Origin: a virus
Taxonomy: Duplodnaviria; Caudoviricetes
IMG/VR virus record: IMGVR_UViG_3300043773_000874
Location: 1 to 45,129 of that record
Strand: one strand, 5' to 3'
DNA length: 45,129 nucleotides
The notes under the pieces were generated by a model. The model worked only from the letters and a program-made list of their open reading frames with translations. It did no database searches and was not told the DNA's origin. Shown in pieces: positions 8,047-16,906 of this stretch; position 1 is the first letter of the stretch; each line of letters begins with the position of its first letter. The translations under genes and the position numbers were made by a program.

Positions 8047-10317
8047 ATGGCTTCCAACGGCAACGCAGAACTGGAAAATCTACCAGAAAGTGGTAGTCCC
8101 CCGAAAAAACGCATTAAATCATCTGATAGCCTTGTGGCAATCGCCAACAAGTATATCGAACAAGATGAGGATGCGGCATATCTTCGGGCGCGGGCGCAAG
8201 CCCTAGTCAACGGCGAAGCCCCATATGATGCCGAAGAACTAAAGAGTAAGGGGCTAACCCATGTGGTTAATGCCAACTTCGGAGAGGCCAATGCCATCAT
8301 GGAAGCCGCCTTGGCCCCGTATATCGAACTTCAAAACGGGGTTCCCCGTATCGCCAACGTCATCATGGAATCTTATCAGGGGGACTCCAATGAAGACTCC
8401 GAAATCATCTCTGAGGAGTTTGATTGGATGCTTAAGGAGTGGAGTGATCATGCCTACAATATGCAACTCCTTTCCCGCGAGTTTGTGGGTGACGGGGTTG
8501 GGGTTGCCATGTGGCCCGATGAACGCTCCATCTTCTGGGAGCCGTGCGGACTCAAAGACTTTAAGGTAGCCCGCGATACCAAGGTATCAGATGAGTCTAT
8601 TGAAGTGGCCATCGTCCAACGCTCTATGAGCGTGAGTGAGCTTTATCGATACATCCGTAATCCTAAAGCCGCGAAAGAGCTTGGTTGGAATCTCAATGCC
8701 GTTAAACAGGCCATCTGGAAGGCTTCGACCAAACGGGATCAGTGGAAAAATTACACCGCCCACTGGGAAGACTTTGAGCGCGAGATTAAGGAGAATGACC
8801 TCTACGCTGGTGAATCGGCTTACCACCGCGCACAACTGATCTACGGCTACAACCGCGAATTCGATGGCAAGTTCACCCAACTTATCGGTTCCCGCGATTC
8901 TTCGGATTTCCTCTACGAACGCTACAGCCGCTATGGCAACGTGAACCAATGCTTCGTCATCTTTACCTACGGAGTCGGACAAGGAACATTCCACACGATT
9001 CGCGGCCTCAAGCAGAAGATCTACAACCAGATCCAGATCTCTAATCGCGTTCTTTGTCAGTCAGCCCAAGCCGCCATTACATCTGGCCTCATCCAGTTGC
9101 AAGGTGACGCCGAAGCCATCCAAGACTTTCAATATATTGAGGTCGGGCCGTATACGTTCATCCCTAGTGGATTGACTCCGATCCAACTTCAACCGCCGTC
9201 GATTGCTACTCAGGGTCTTCCTGTCTATAACCTAATGACCCAAGTGTTACAGAACAACACAGGCAGCTACCGCTCTCGTCAGGCCACCCCAGACGGCCAA
9301 GCTCGTTCCGCCACTGAAGTTGTTCAGCAGGCCCGCCAAGAATCCACGCTCAACGCCGCAGCACTGGAACTCTTCTATACTCCGTATAACAAGCTTTTGA
9401 CCGAACAATACCGCAGGGCGGTTAATCCGTATCTTACGGCCAACGACAAAGGAGGAGCCTTGGCCCTAGAATTCCGCCGCCGCTGTGCCCGTCGAGGCGT
9501 CTCTGTTGAGCGTATGCGTCAGTTCCTCAAGGTTACAGCCTTCCGCGCCATGGGTGATGGAAGCCCCGTGATGACGGAGATGGCCAGCAAGCAACTCATG
9601 GAGCTTTATTCTTTGATGGACGAGAAGGGTAAAGAAAACACTCTGCGTTCCGTTATTGCTGGTATCTCTGGTGTGGGCTGGCAGAAGGTCAATCTCTTTG
9701 TTTCAGACAAAGGCCCGCGCCGTGTGGTGGACTTTGATATCGCCAATCTTGAGAATGGCAACCTCCGTCAGGGCATTCCTCAGATGGTTCACGATAGCCA
9801 GAACCATGCGGTTCACATTGAGGCCCATATTCCAATGATTGCCGAGATCATTGAAGCCCACCGCCAGCAGCAAATGGCCGATGAGCAGGCAATGCAGATT
9901 CTTCGTCCTGCTGCTGACCATGTGACCGAACACCTTGTCTTCTTCTCTAATAACAGCTATAGGGCGCAGGAAGTCCGCGAACTTAAGCGCCAACTCCAAA
10001 ACCTCACAGCCTATATCGATGAGCTGGAGCAACAGGTCATCAACCGCATGATGGCCCAACAGAGCCAAGCACAAGAGCAAGCCATGCAGGAAGCCCCGCA
10101 AGGACAGATTGATCCCCGATCCGAAATGGAACTCCAGAAGGCCCAGTTGAAACTGGCTGAGATGCAGGAAAAGCGCATGATGAACCAAGAGACGCACCAG
10201 CAGAAAATGGAGACCATTCGTCAACAAATGGCTCTTAATGATCTTAAAACCCGCAGTTCCATTCTTGAGAAAACAGCCAGACCCGCAGGCCGACCCCCGA
10301 TGGCTACAACAGCATAA
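8047..10317 (+). CDS. Portal protein
   Basis: 756 aa; SATEV..A clip/stem motif; Q-rich helical C-terminal barrel; upstream of scaffold and capsid genes. Confidence 0.8.
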   Translation: MASNGNAELENLPESGSPPKKRIKSSDSLVAIANKYIEQDEDAAYLRARAQALVNGEAPYDAEELKSKGLTHVVNANFGEANAIMEAALAPYIELQNGVPRIANVIMESYQGDSNEDSEIISEEFDWMLKEWSDHAYNMQLLSREFVGDGVGVAMWPDERSIFWEPCGLKDFKVARDTKVSDESIEVAIVQRSMSVSELYRYIRNPKAAKELGWNLNAVKQAIWKASTKRDQWKNYTAHWEDFEREIKENDLYAGESAYHRAQLIYGYNREFDGKFTQLIGSRDSSDFLYERYSRYGNVNQCFVIFTYGVGQGTFHTIRGLKQKIYNQIQISNRVLCQSAQAAITSGLIQLQGDAEAIQDFQYIEVGPYTFIPSGLTPIQLQPPSIATQGLPVYNLMTQVLQNNTGSYRSRQATPDGQARSATEVVQQARQESTLNAAALELFYTPYNKLLTEQYRRAVNPYLTANDKGGALALEFRRRCARRGVSVERMRQFLKVTAFRAMGDGSPVMTEMASKQLMELYSLMDEKGKENTLRSVIAGISGVGWQKVNLFVSDKGPRRVVDFDIANLENGNLRQGIPQMVHDSQNHAVHIEAHIPMIAEIIEAHRQQQMADEQAMQILRPAADHVTEHLVFFSNNSYRAQEVRELKRQLQNLTAYIDELEQQVINRMMAQQSQAQEQAMQEAPQGQIDPRSEMELQKAQLKLAEMQEKRMMNQETHQQKMETIRQQMALNDLKTRSSILEKTARPAGRPPMATTA

Positions 10318-10324
10318 TTTATAC

Positions 10325-10353
10325 TAGACAAAGTTATAATCTGCGTATAGTTA
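10325..10353 (+). promoter_or_regulatory. Weak putative promoter
   Basis: TAGACA followed by TATAGT/TAGTTA in the AT-rich 46-nt gap. Confidence 0.3.
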
Positions 10354-10363
10354 GATCTTATTA

Positions 10364-10651
10364 ATGGAGTGGACAGATCAGGATGCCCGTGAATGGGCCA
10401 AAACTTGGGCGATGCCTCATATGCAAAAGGGGCTTAAATTTATCTCCAAACGGGTTCGCCCGAAACGGAGCGGTAGCCCTGTCGCTCAAGGGTTCGATCT
10501 GTCGCCAGTGTTTATTAAGAGCGCGGGTTTTTATGAGGGCAGTCAAGAGGTTATGGACCTCATTGAAACTTTGGGTTATGGACAGGTAAATAAACCCAAA
10601 TTTGACTTGCCAGAACCTTTCTCCCATATAACTTCAGAAGAAACAAACTAA
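10364..10651 (+). CDS. Small head-module protein
   Basis: 95-aa ORF in the conserved slot between portal and scaffold. Confidence 0.65.
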   Translation: MEWTDQDAREWAKTWAMPHMQKGLKFISKRVRPKRSGSPVAQGFDLSPVFIKSAGFYEGSQEVMDLIETLGYGQVNKPKFDLPEPFSHITSEETN

Positions 10652-10659
10652 TATAACTT

Positions 10660-11982
10660 ATGGCTAATATCCTTAATTCCGCCCTTACGGGTGACGCAGA
10701 CTTCGCTGGAACCATTTTTGGAGGGGCCAACGCAGAACCCGCCCCCGAAGTTCAACCCAATGAAACCGCCGCGCCCGAAACCCAGCAAGAAGAGCCAAAG
10801 CCAGCAGCCGAAACCCCGAAAGAGGAAACTCCCAAAACGGAGAAAAAAGCTCCCGTTAAAGCGGAAACCAAATCCAAAGCCACCAAGGAAGAGGTAGAGA
10901 AGAAGGTTGCAGATATTACCAAGGAAGTATCGTCTAAGGATGCTAACGAGCAGACAGAAGCAAAAGACGACGATGACCTCCCGCTTAACCCCCACTTTGC
11001 CGATAAGCCCATCTCCGATAAACCTGAAGGTGACGATTCCGAGAAGGGGGTCTCAAGCTGGAAAGAGATCAAAAGCGAAATGAAAAAAGCCCGTGAAGAA
11101 CGGGACCGCCTGAAGGCCGAACTCGACGCTACTAAAGAAAAGGTTGGGAAATATGAGGGGGAAACAGTCAAGACTCTCCAAGAAGAGCTTGAGAGCTACA
11201 AAACCCGCATGGCAGAGCTTAATCGCGAGCTAAAAACCGCCAATTTTGAGCGAAGCCCTGAATACATCGAAACCATTAAAAAGCCCCTGAGTGGCCTTCA
11301 GGGCGATTTGAAAGCTATTGCAGAAGCCAATGACGCAGACTTCTCCAAACTCTGGCAAGCCTTGACCGAACCAGACGCTCGCAAACGTATCGACTCACTG
11401 GAAGACCTCACGACTGACTTCAAGCGTATGGAGCAGTTATCTATCGTCAAGATGGCCGATAAATACCATGAGTTGGCCCAATACCATGAGCGGTTTCAGA
11501 AGGAGGCAGAATCCCTTTCAGAGGCCGAAAACGCCCGCAAGGCCCAATCCGAACAGGAGTTTATTGAGAACGATCAAAGGCTCCAGAAGGCGTTCACGGC
11601 CAAAACTTGGACAAATCTGGAAGATCGCTATTCTTTCCTCCAAGAAATCGACGGGCAGGATGACTGGAATAGCCATATCCGTAGTGCCAAAAAGAACGCC
11701 GCAGAGACCAATCTGGATCGCTTGAGCGTCGAAGACCGAAGCGCCATCCTCGCACGGGCTGCTGTAGTCCCCTTCCTTGAGTCGGCAATCAACCACTATA
11801 CCGCTCAGATGGAGAAGGTAAGTTCCGAAAAAGACGCCAAGATCAAAGAACTTCAAACTCAGCTAGAAGGCTTGGTCGGAGCCACCCCCAGCTTGGGTAA
11901 GGCCACCGAAACCGATAGCAATGACGATGGGGATGAAAATCCCGACAGTTTGATGAATTTCGGAAAATCTATATTCCGATAA
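10660..11982 (+). CDS. Capsid scaffolding protein
   Basis: Acidic Pro/Glu/Lys-rich disordered N-terminus, long coiled coils, directly upstream of capsid gene. Confidence 0.75.
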   Translation: MANILNSALTGDADFAGTIFGGANAEPAPEVQPNETAAPETQQEEPKPAAETPKEETPKTEKKAPVKAETKSKATKEEVEKKVADITKEVSSKDANEQTEAKDDDDLPLNPHFADKPISDKPEGDDSEKGVSSWKEIKSEMKKAREERDRLKAELDATKEKVGKYEGETVKTLQEELESYKTRMAELNRELKTANFERSPEYIETIKKPLSGLQGDLKAIAEANDADFSKLWQALTEPDARKRIDSLEDLTTDFKRMEQLSIVKMADKYHELAQYHERFQKEAESLSEAENARKAQSEQEFIENDQRLQKAFTAKTWTNLEDRYSFLQEIDGQDDWNSHIRSAKKNAAETNLDRLSVEDRSAILARAAVVPFLESAINHYTAQMEKVSSEKDAKIKELQTQLEGLVGATPSLGKATETDSNDDGDENPDSLMNFGKSIFR

Positions 11983-11985
11983 AAT

Positions 11986-12025
11986 TCTGCTATTGACAAA
12001 TTTGTGCAAATATAATAGTTTGCAC
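11986..12025 (+). promoter_or_regulatory. Capsid promoter with overlapping inverted repeat
   Basis: TTGACA(11993)-N17-TAGTTT(12016); GTGCAAA-N8-TTTGCAC dyad at 12004-12025. Confidence 0.6.
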
Positions 12026-12026
12026 C

Positions 12027-12150
12027 CAAGACTGAAGTCTGAGTTGGTCGCAGACACCTCGCTGGCGGGTTAGCGCCTTCAAAATTTGTAGCCGTAAATC
12101 TCTGGTCGCGGCCCAGAAACTCAACCGATAGACGGGCACCCTATGCCCCG
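12027..12150 (+). ncRNA. Candidate structured 5' leader RNA of the capsid mRNA
   Basis: TGAGTT/AACTCA closing stem around three hairpins, followed by a GGGCA/TGCCC hairpin; longest non-coding stretch in the structural module. Confidence 0.45.
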
Positions 12151-12192
12151 AAATCAAAATCTAACCCTTAAACCAAATAGAAATAAAATATC

Positions 12193-13431
12193 ATGTCAGC
12201 ACAAACTGCTACTACCTGTGAGGCCATCAATGATAATTTCCAGCGCGAGACTGGACGTATCGCCCTTGGCACTCATCGTTTGGGTCTTTATAAAGATCCC
12301 TATCTGCGTTTTGTTACCCAGTCGGCATTCCCCGACAACATGGGCAAAACGATCACCAACACCATCGCCCAGCGCACAGTTGCCGTTGGCAGCGGATGGG
12401 AAGAAATTGGAGTCACTGGCGAGGGAAGCCCCACGCAGGACAACTCCTGCTTGGCTCCCGTCAAGAAAGTTGGCTACGCCTTTGAACAGAAGACCTTTTC
12501 GCTCCGCCATCAGGCGATTGAGTCGGATTGGATCTGTTTGGAAGACGTTCGCACTTCGGCTTTCCCGATTGACGATGTCAACAACTACATCAAAATCTTG
12601 GCCGACAACGTCAACGTTGAGTGGATTAAGCGTTATGATGACGATTACTACTCCGCAGTGACGAAAGTCTCTGTTGAACCTGGTCTTGCAGAATCAACTT
12701 CCACTTCTGGTTTTACCAGTGCGTTGCCTGCCCCGACCTCCGTTCTTACGGTTGGCGTCCTTCGCGAACTCTATGACCGCCTCTACCAGAACAACGCTGG
12801 TGATGACGGTGATGCGGTGACCGATGACGGCTCGCCCGTGTTCAACGTGTTTGCCGAACGCGCCACGATTGAGAACCTGATCAAGCTGAACGAAGATGTC
12901 CGTCAGGATATCCGCTACAGTGATCGCGTTAACGATCTGTTGGGTGCCAATGGCTCCTCGCTCCTGCCCAAAAAGGCTTACGGTGGATTTGTGTTCCACA
13001 GCCGCCCGTTCCCGAAGCGTTTCAACGACAACGGATCTGGTGGGTTCACCGAAGTTGCCCCGTATATCGCTGCCTCTGGCGCGGTCAAGGGAACGAAGTA
13101 TATCATCAACCCCGCCTACAAGGCTGCGAAGTATACCTCCACGGTTATCTTCCATCCGAAGGCCGTTGAGTGGCTCGTCCCGAACCCGAACCTCAAGGTT
13201 GGCAAGCTTGTTTATGATGCTCAGAACTATCGCGGAGACTTCCGCTGGATCAACGAGTACGACAAGAACTGCAACCCTGACAAAAACAGTGGTTACTGGC
13301 GCGCCAAGATGGCTTGCGCGGCGAAGCAGATCTTCCCTGAATTTGGGTACTATCTGCTCCACCTCCGCTGCAATCTGGCGGGCGACCTGATGACCTGCCC
13401 CAGCAATAGCGGATACGGTTACCTCGCGTAA
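12193..13431 (+). CDS. Major capsid protein
   Basis: 412 aa; follows the scaffold; own promoter and A-rich initiation region; codon usage appears biased as in highly expressed genes. Confidence 0.8.
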   Translation: MSAQTATTCEAINDNFQRETGRIALGTHRLGLYKDPYLRFVTQSAFPDNMGKTITNTIAQRTVAVGSGWEEIGVTGEGSPTQDNSCLAPVKKVGYAFEQKTFSLRHQAIESDWICLEDVRTSAFPIDDVNNYIKILADNVNVEWIKRYDDDYYSAVTKVSVEPGLAESTSTSGFTSALPAPTSVLTVGVLRELYDRLYQNNAGDDGDAVTDDGSPVFNVFAERATIENLIKLNEDVRQDIRYSDRVNDLLGANGSSLLPKKAYGGFVFHSRPFPKRFNDNGSGGFTEVAPYIAASGAVKGTKYIINPAYKAAKYTSTVIFHPKAVEWLVPNPNLKVGKLVYDAQNYRGDFRWINEYDKNCNPDKNSGYWRAKMACAAKQIFPEFGYYLLHLRCNLAGDLMTCPSNSGYGYLA

Positions 13432-13439
13432 TTAGTTAG

Positions 13440-13498
13440 TCTCTATTCATCAAGGCTTGCCTTGGAGTAAAATCTAAGGCAAGCTCTATGAGGAGAGA
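13440..13498 (+). promoter_or_regulatory. Long stem-loop after capsid gene (attenuator, processing or stability element)
   Basis: GCTTGCCTTGGA-gtaaaa-TCTAAGGCAAGC 12-bp stem, extendable with TCTCT.TTCAT/ATGAG.AGAGA; no U tract. Confidence 0.6.
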
Positions 13499-13507
13499 AT
13501 AACTATT

Positions 13508-13750
13508 ATGAAACTAACTATACCGACTGATTATACCCTGCCTGAAGATGTTGCTGACGGGGATACTTTTGAAGAGCTTGTTACCTTCCGTGTTGAAGGC
13601 GACTCCCTTGTCCCCACCATGATTGCTGGCGTTGAAATCGCCGCAGACGAGGAAGAGGACATGGAGATGGAGGACGAGGCCGCTGACGAAATGGAAGCAG
13701 GCGTGTCCCCAATGGCTGGCATGGGTGAGCGTATCATGGGCATGGCTTAA
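13508..13750 (+). CDS. Small acidic head-module protein
   Basis: 80 aa, very D/E-rich; preceded by GAGGAG. Confidence 0.65.
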   Translation: MKLTIPTDYTLPEDVADGDTFEELVTFRVEGDSLVPTMIAGVEIAADEEEDMEMEDEAADEMEAGVSPMAGMGERIMGMA

Positions 13751-13769
13751 AGGACGGAGACCATAGGCT

Positions 13770-14927
13770 ATGGCTCTCCCCACTTTAGATGCGGTGTTTG
13801 CTTCGGCGGCGGATCAGCCCCGAAGGATGATGCTTGCCCAATGGCTGGTTAATGTTCAGTATTCGGGATCGTTCGCGGATTACTATACCCTCCCAGAGCA
13901 GTATTTGTGGGCCAAGATTGCGGTAGCCGAAGGCGCGCCCAAAAGCGAGGCAGATTACATATCCCTTCCCAAACAATATGTCTGGAAAGCTATCTATGAT
14001 GTTGTTTCGGGGTCGAGCGCGGGCACTACGGACTGGAGTGAGAAACAAGCTTTGGGACATATTGCCGCCGCCTATCGCGGTGACACGGCCAATCCCGCAA
14101 ACCTAGCCACCTATATCAACTGGCCTTGGCGCTATCAGGTTGCGTCCATTATTACAAACACCGCCATTGACACTAACGCTCAAGCATTTATTACAACAAG
14201 CGGCGCTACCGATGTTAAAGGGATTGATCAATTTGTCAAAGAAGTAAAACTATTAGGCTTGTGGGATTCCATGGTTTCTTGGCCCCTACGCAGCAGCCAG
14301 AACGCAGGAATAGGCACCACGGCGTATTCGCTGGGTGGGTTGGGGACATTTAATGGGACGCTGGTCAATGGGCCTGTTTGGACAGCGAGTGGTTTGGTCA
14401 CAGATGCGACTAATGAGCATGTGGCGCTGCCCGATGCTACCAGCTTGCGTAATATACGCAGTGCAATGTTTGCATTTAAGCCAGATGACAATTCTTATAA
14501 TCAAGAGTTGATAGAAATTCAGGGATTGAACACCAGTCGTTACGCAAGTTTTGCTTTTGACGGGCAAAGCTTCTTCGGGGCTACACAAGGCCACAAACTA
14601 AACACTTGGAGAAATGGGGCTATATCTCAAAATCAAAACGGATCGCGCTTGCTAAGTCTGGGAACGTGGAGAACGGGCGCATACACGGCAGACAATACAA
14701 GCGATAACGTATTTGACAACGGGACATTAGCAGCGGGCGGCACGCGAACGGGTCTATCGGCACTAAATCCATCAGGTGATTTAGCATTTAGACGCATATT
14801 TGGCTTATCACTGGCCATGACGGGCGCGTTTGCCATGACCAGCACGGCCACTTGGACAAACTCGCAAGTCGCTGCCCTGCACACCCTCTACAAACAAACC
14901 CTCGGCATGGGACTAGGACTACCATGA
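13770..14927 (+). CDS. Virion decoration/fibre protein with C-terminal lectin (LamG-like) region
   Basis: N-terminal helical repeats (Y.TLPEQYLW, YISLPKQYVW); FVK..K..GLW and GTLVNGP.W motifs. Confidence 0.6.
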   Translation: MALPTLDAVFASAADQPRRMMLAQWLVNVQYSGSFADYYTLPEQYLWAKIAVAEGAPKSEADYISLPKQYVWKAIYDVVSGSSAGTTDWSEKQALGHIAAAYRGDTANPANLATYINWPWRYQVASIITNTAIDTNAQAFITTSGATDVKGIDQFVKEVKLLGLWDSMVSWPLRSSQNAGIGTTAYSLGGLGTFNGTLVNGPVWTASGLVTDATNEHVALPDATSLRNIRSAMFAFKPDDNSYNQELIEIQGLNTSRYASFAFDGQSFFGATQGHKLNTWRNGAISQNQNGSRLLSLGTWRTGAYTADNTSDNVFDNGTLAAGGTRTGLSALNPSGDLAFRRIFGLSLAMTGAFAMTSTATWTNSQVAALHTLYKQTLGMGLGLP

Positions 14928-15208
14928 GCGTAGAAGACATACCAAGACGCAGAGGGATGGAGCGGGGAGTGAAACTCACGATGAGCGAGTTGATTGCGGG
15001 CATTGCCCTAATGGTTACTTTGTTTTCGGCCCTCAATGGTTGGGTTGTCTTGCCCGAACAAATGCGGTCTATCCAAGCCAATGATGCTAAACAGGATGCG
15101 CGGATTGAGATGATTAATAAAGAAAACCAAGAGAGATCCGAGACCTTGGCCCGTATTGATGAGCGCACAAAAAGAATCGAAGATTACTTGAAATCCAAGG
15201 GATTCTAG
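14924..15208 (+). CDS. Single-TM coiled-coil lysis-cassette protein (holin/antiholin-like)
   Basis: ATGA overlap at 14924; TM LIAGIALMVTLFSALNGWVVL, then coiled coil LARIDERTKRIE. Confidence 0.6.
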   Translation: MSVEDIPRRRGMERGVKLTMSELIAGIALMVTLFSALNGWVVLPEQMRSIQANDAKQDARIEMINKENQERSETLARIDERTKRIEDYLKSKGF

Positions 15209-15223
15209 TCTAGCTTTAAATCT

Positions 15224-15508
15224 ATGAAATCATTCTTTGCCACCCTTCTGGGTATTCCTTCCAAAATCTGGAGTTTCTACGCACCTATCCTTAAAGAATT
15301 GTTTGTGGATGCGGCGTCCAGCCTCCTACCTCTCGCCTTGGACATTGTCCGCGAGTTGGCCGACACCAGCAAAACTGGCGCACAAAAGCGCGAGGCCGCT
15401 GTCAAAAAACTCACCAGCGCAGCCATCCGTAATGGGATTGATGCCTCCGAATCTTTGATTCGTTTTACTATTGAATCGGCTGTCCAACGTGTCAAAATCG
15501 AACAATGA
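15224..15508 (+). CDS. Holin-like protein (LL-H-like C-terminus)
   Basis: Amphipathic N-terminus; G..KRE.A ... IE.AV motif. Confidence 0.55.
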   Translation: MKSFFATLLGIPSKIWSFYAPILKELFVDAASSLLPLALDIVRELADTSKTGAQKREAAVKKLTSAAIRNGIDASESLIRFTIESAVQRVKIEQ

Positions 15509-15840
15509 AAGACAAACTTCTAGCATTCTTGGTTAGTAAGTTGGGCGGAGTTGTTACTCCTCTCATCGCCATGGCGGTAGCCGCTATTGTCTCCCGTCTT
15601 GCTATGGTTGATCCGAAGCTGGCCGAATCTGTTGATCAGGTCAGCCTTACTGGATTCATTGTTGCCCTCCTTATCTCTATCGTTAACTACATCACCAATG
15701 AAGTGAACGTCAGGGGGGTCAAAAAGATCCAAGCCTTGGTCAATACGGATGAGGATGGAGTGGCTGGACCTATTACCTTCACCGAAGTCCGCAGGGCTAT
15801 TGAAGTCAAAAAGCCCGCAACCAAGCGCAAACGTAAGTGA
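15505..15840 (+). CDS. Two-TM membrane protein with peptidoglycan-binding-like motif (holin candidate)
   Basis: Two hydrophobic helices; VKKIQ..V..DEDGVAGPIT; basic C-terminal tail. Confidence 0.6.
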   Translation: MKDKLLAFLVSKLGGVVTPLIAMAVAAIVSRLAMVDPKLAESVDQVSLTGFIVALLISIVNYITNEVNVRGVKKIQALVNTDEDGVAGPITFTEVRRAIEVKKPATKRKRK

Positions 15841-16013
15841 AACCAATCAAAGATGAAGTCCTCAAAGCCATATTTACCCAAAAGCGCGAAGAAGATCGCA
15901 GAAGTTTCTTTGTCCGTTTACTCAGTTCCATCAAAATTGCGGCCAAAATCAAGCGGGGCAATGATGGAAAGACAGGTGTCACCATCGGAGTCCGAGGTGG
16001 AGCGGATTTCTAG
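15837..16013 (+). CDS. 58-aa cationic amphipathic peptide in the lysis cassette (not in the ORF track)
   Basis: GTGA overlap; MKPIKDEVLKAIFTQKREEDRRSFFVRLLSSIKIAAKIKRGNDGKTGVTIGVRGGADF. Confidence 0.6.
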   Translation: MKPIKDEVLKAIFTQKREEDRRSFFVRLLSSIKIAAKIKRGNDGKTGVTIGVRGGADF

Positions 16014-16024
16014 GAATTGGGATA

Positions 16025-16053
16025 TTGGCAGGCGTCAGTGCAAGTGGTAAAAT
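16025..16053 (+). promoter_or_regulatory. Promoter upstream of endolysin
   Basis: TTGGCA-N17-TAAAAT with TGn extension. Confidence 0.55.
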
Positions 16054-16075
16054 GAATGGGTGAGTAGTCGGCCCC

Positions 16076-16753
16076 ATGTTAAAGTTAATCCAGAAACTCT
16101 TTGGTTCTATCGGCTTCGATACTGGCCAAGCGCCGTCCTCACCGAGCTTGCCGTCCGAATCGCAAGAGAGCTTAAAGCCCGAACCGCCAAAAGAACCCAA
16201 GGCCAAGCCCGCCCCGAAACAGAAGACCCCAAAGGCTCTTGAGAATCTAGCCAAGATTGCCCTATCCCAAGTCGGGGTGAAGGAGTCTGGCGGCAACAAC
16301 AACGGGGCCAAGATCCGCAAGTACCAATCGGCAACCAGTCTGAAGCCAGCTTCATGGCCGTGGTGTGCGGCGTTTACGGGTTGGGTAATTCAAGAGTGGC
16401 TCAAAGACAAGGAGAATGCCGAGTGGCTGGGGCTAAAGGTGATGACCCCAGAAAAGTGGAGGCCCAAGACCGCAGCAGCATTCGGGTATATCCAGTGGGC
16501 AAAGGGGCGTCCCGCAACCACCAAGGTTTTGTCTTCAAAAGCCAAGCCTCAAGTGGGGGACTTTGTTATCTTTGATTTTTCCCATATCGGGATTGTGGTC
16601 AAGGTTGGTGAAAAAAACTTTCAGTGCGTAGAGGGAAATACCAACGGTCGAGGAACGCGAGATTCTACCTCTGGTGACGGCGTGTGGCTCAAAACCAGAA
16701 CATCTTCATTGGTAAGGAATTACGTTAGAATCAATCCATCAACAGCCAAATGA
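16076..16753 (+). CDS. Endolysin, CHAP-type cysteine amidase/peptidase
   Basis: A.SQVGVKE, PWCAAF (catalytic Cys), SHIGIV (His), VEGNT. Confidence 0.85.
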   Translation: MLKLIQKLFGSIGFDTGQAPSSPSLPSESQESLKPEPPKEPKAKPAPKQKTPKALENLAKIALSQVGVKESGGNNNGAKIRKYQSATSLKPASWPWCAAFTGWVIQEWLKDKENAEWLGLKVMTPEKWRPKTAAAFGYIQWAKGRPATTKVLSSKAKPQVGDFVIFDFSHIGIVVKVGEKNFQCVEGNTNGRGTRDSTSGDGVWLKTRTSSLVRNYVRINPSTAK

Positions 16754-16905
16754 AAGAGCGCGACCAACCCCGCAAGAAAAAGATCTACCGCAAGCCCGAA
16801 AACAAAACTTGCCCCTATTGCGGATCGGAAAAGATTGAACAAACAGTGATTCGGCATGTCGGAGTAATCAAGACATGCAAGAATTGCCGAGAACAAATCG
16901 ACTGA
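16750..16905 (+). CDS. 51-aa zinc-ribbon protein (not in the ORF track)
   Basis: ATGA overlap; CPYC...CKNC; basic N-terminus. Confidence 0.65.
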   Translation: MKERDQPRKKKIYRKPENKTCPYCGSEKIEQTVIRHVGVIKTCKNCREQID

Positions 16906-16906
16906 T

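Noticed and set aside
12011-12016. TATAAT as the -10 partner of TTGACA(11993)
   Set aside because: Spacing is only 12 nt; TAGTTT at 17 nt fits better
12027-12150. tRNA or known riboswitch
   Set aside because: No T-loop GTTC or acceptor stem/CCA, and no riboswitch consensus I recognise
12694-13362. Long antisense or alternate-frame ORFs (also 9703..10227, 29460..30239, 27481..28101, 31079..31609)
   Set aside because: Fully nested in well-supported genes, with no motifs or start context; expected shadows of codon bias
15853-16050. 65-aa ORF from the track as the gene between holin and endolysin
   Set aside because: The 15837..16013 frame has a GTGA coupled start, protein-like amphipathic pattern and leaves the downstream promoter intergenic
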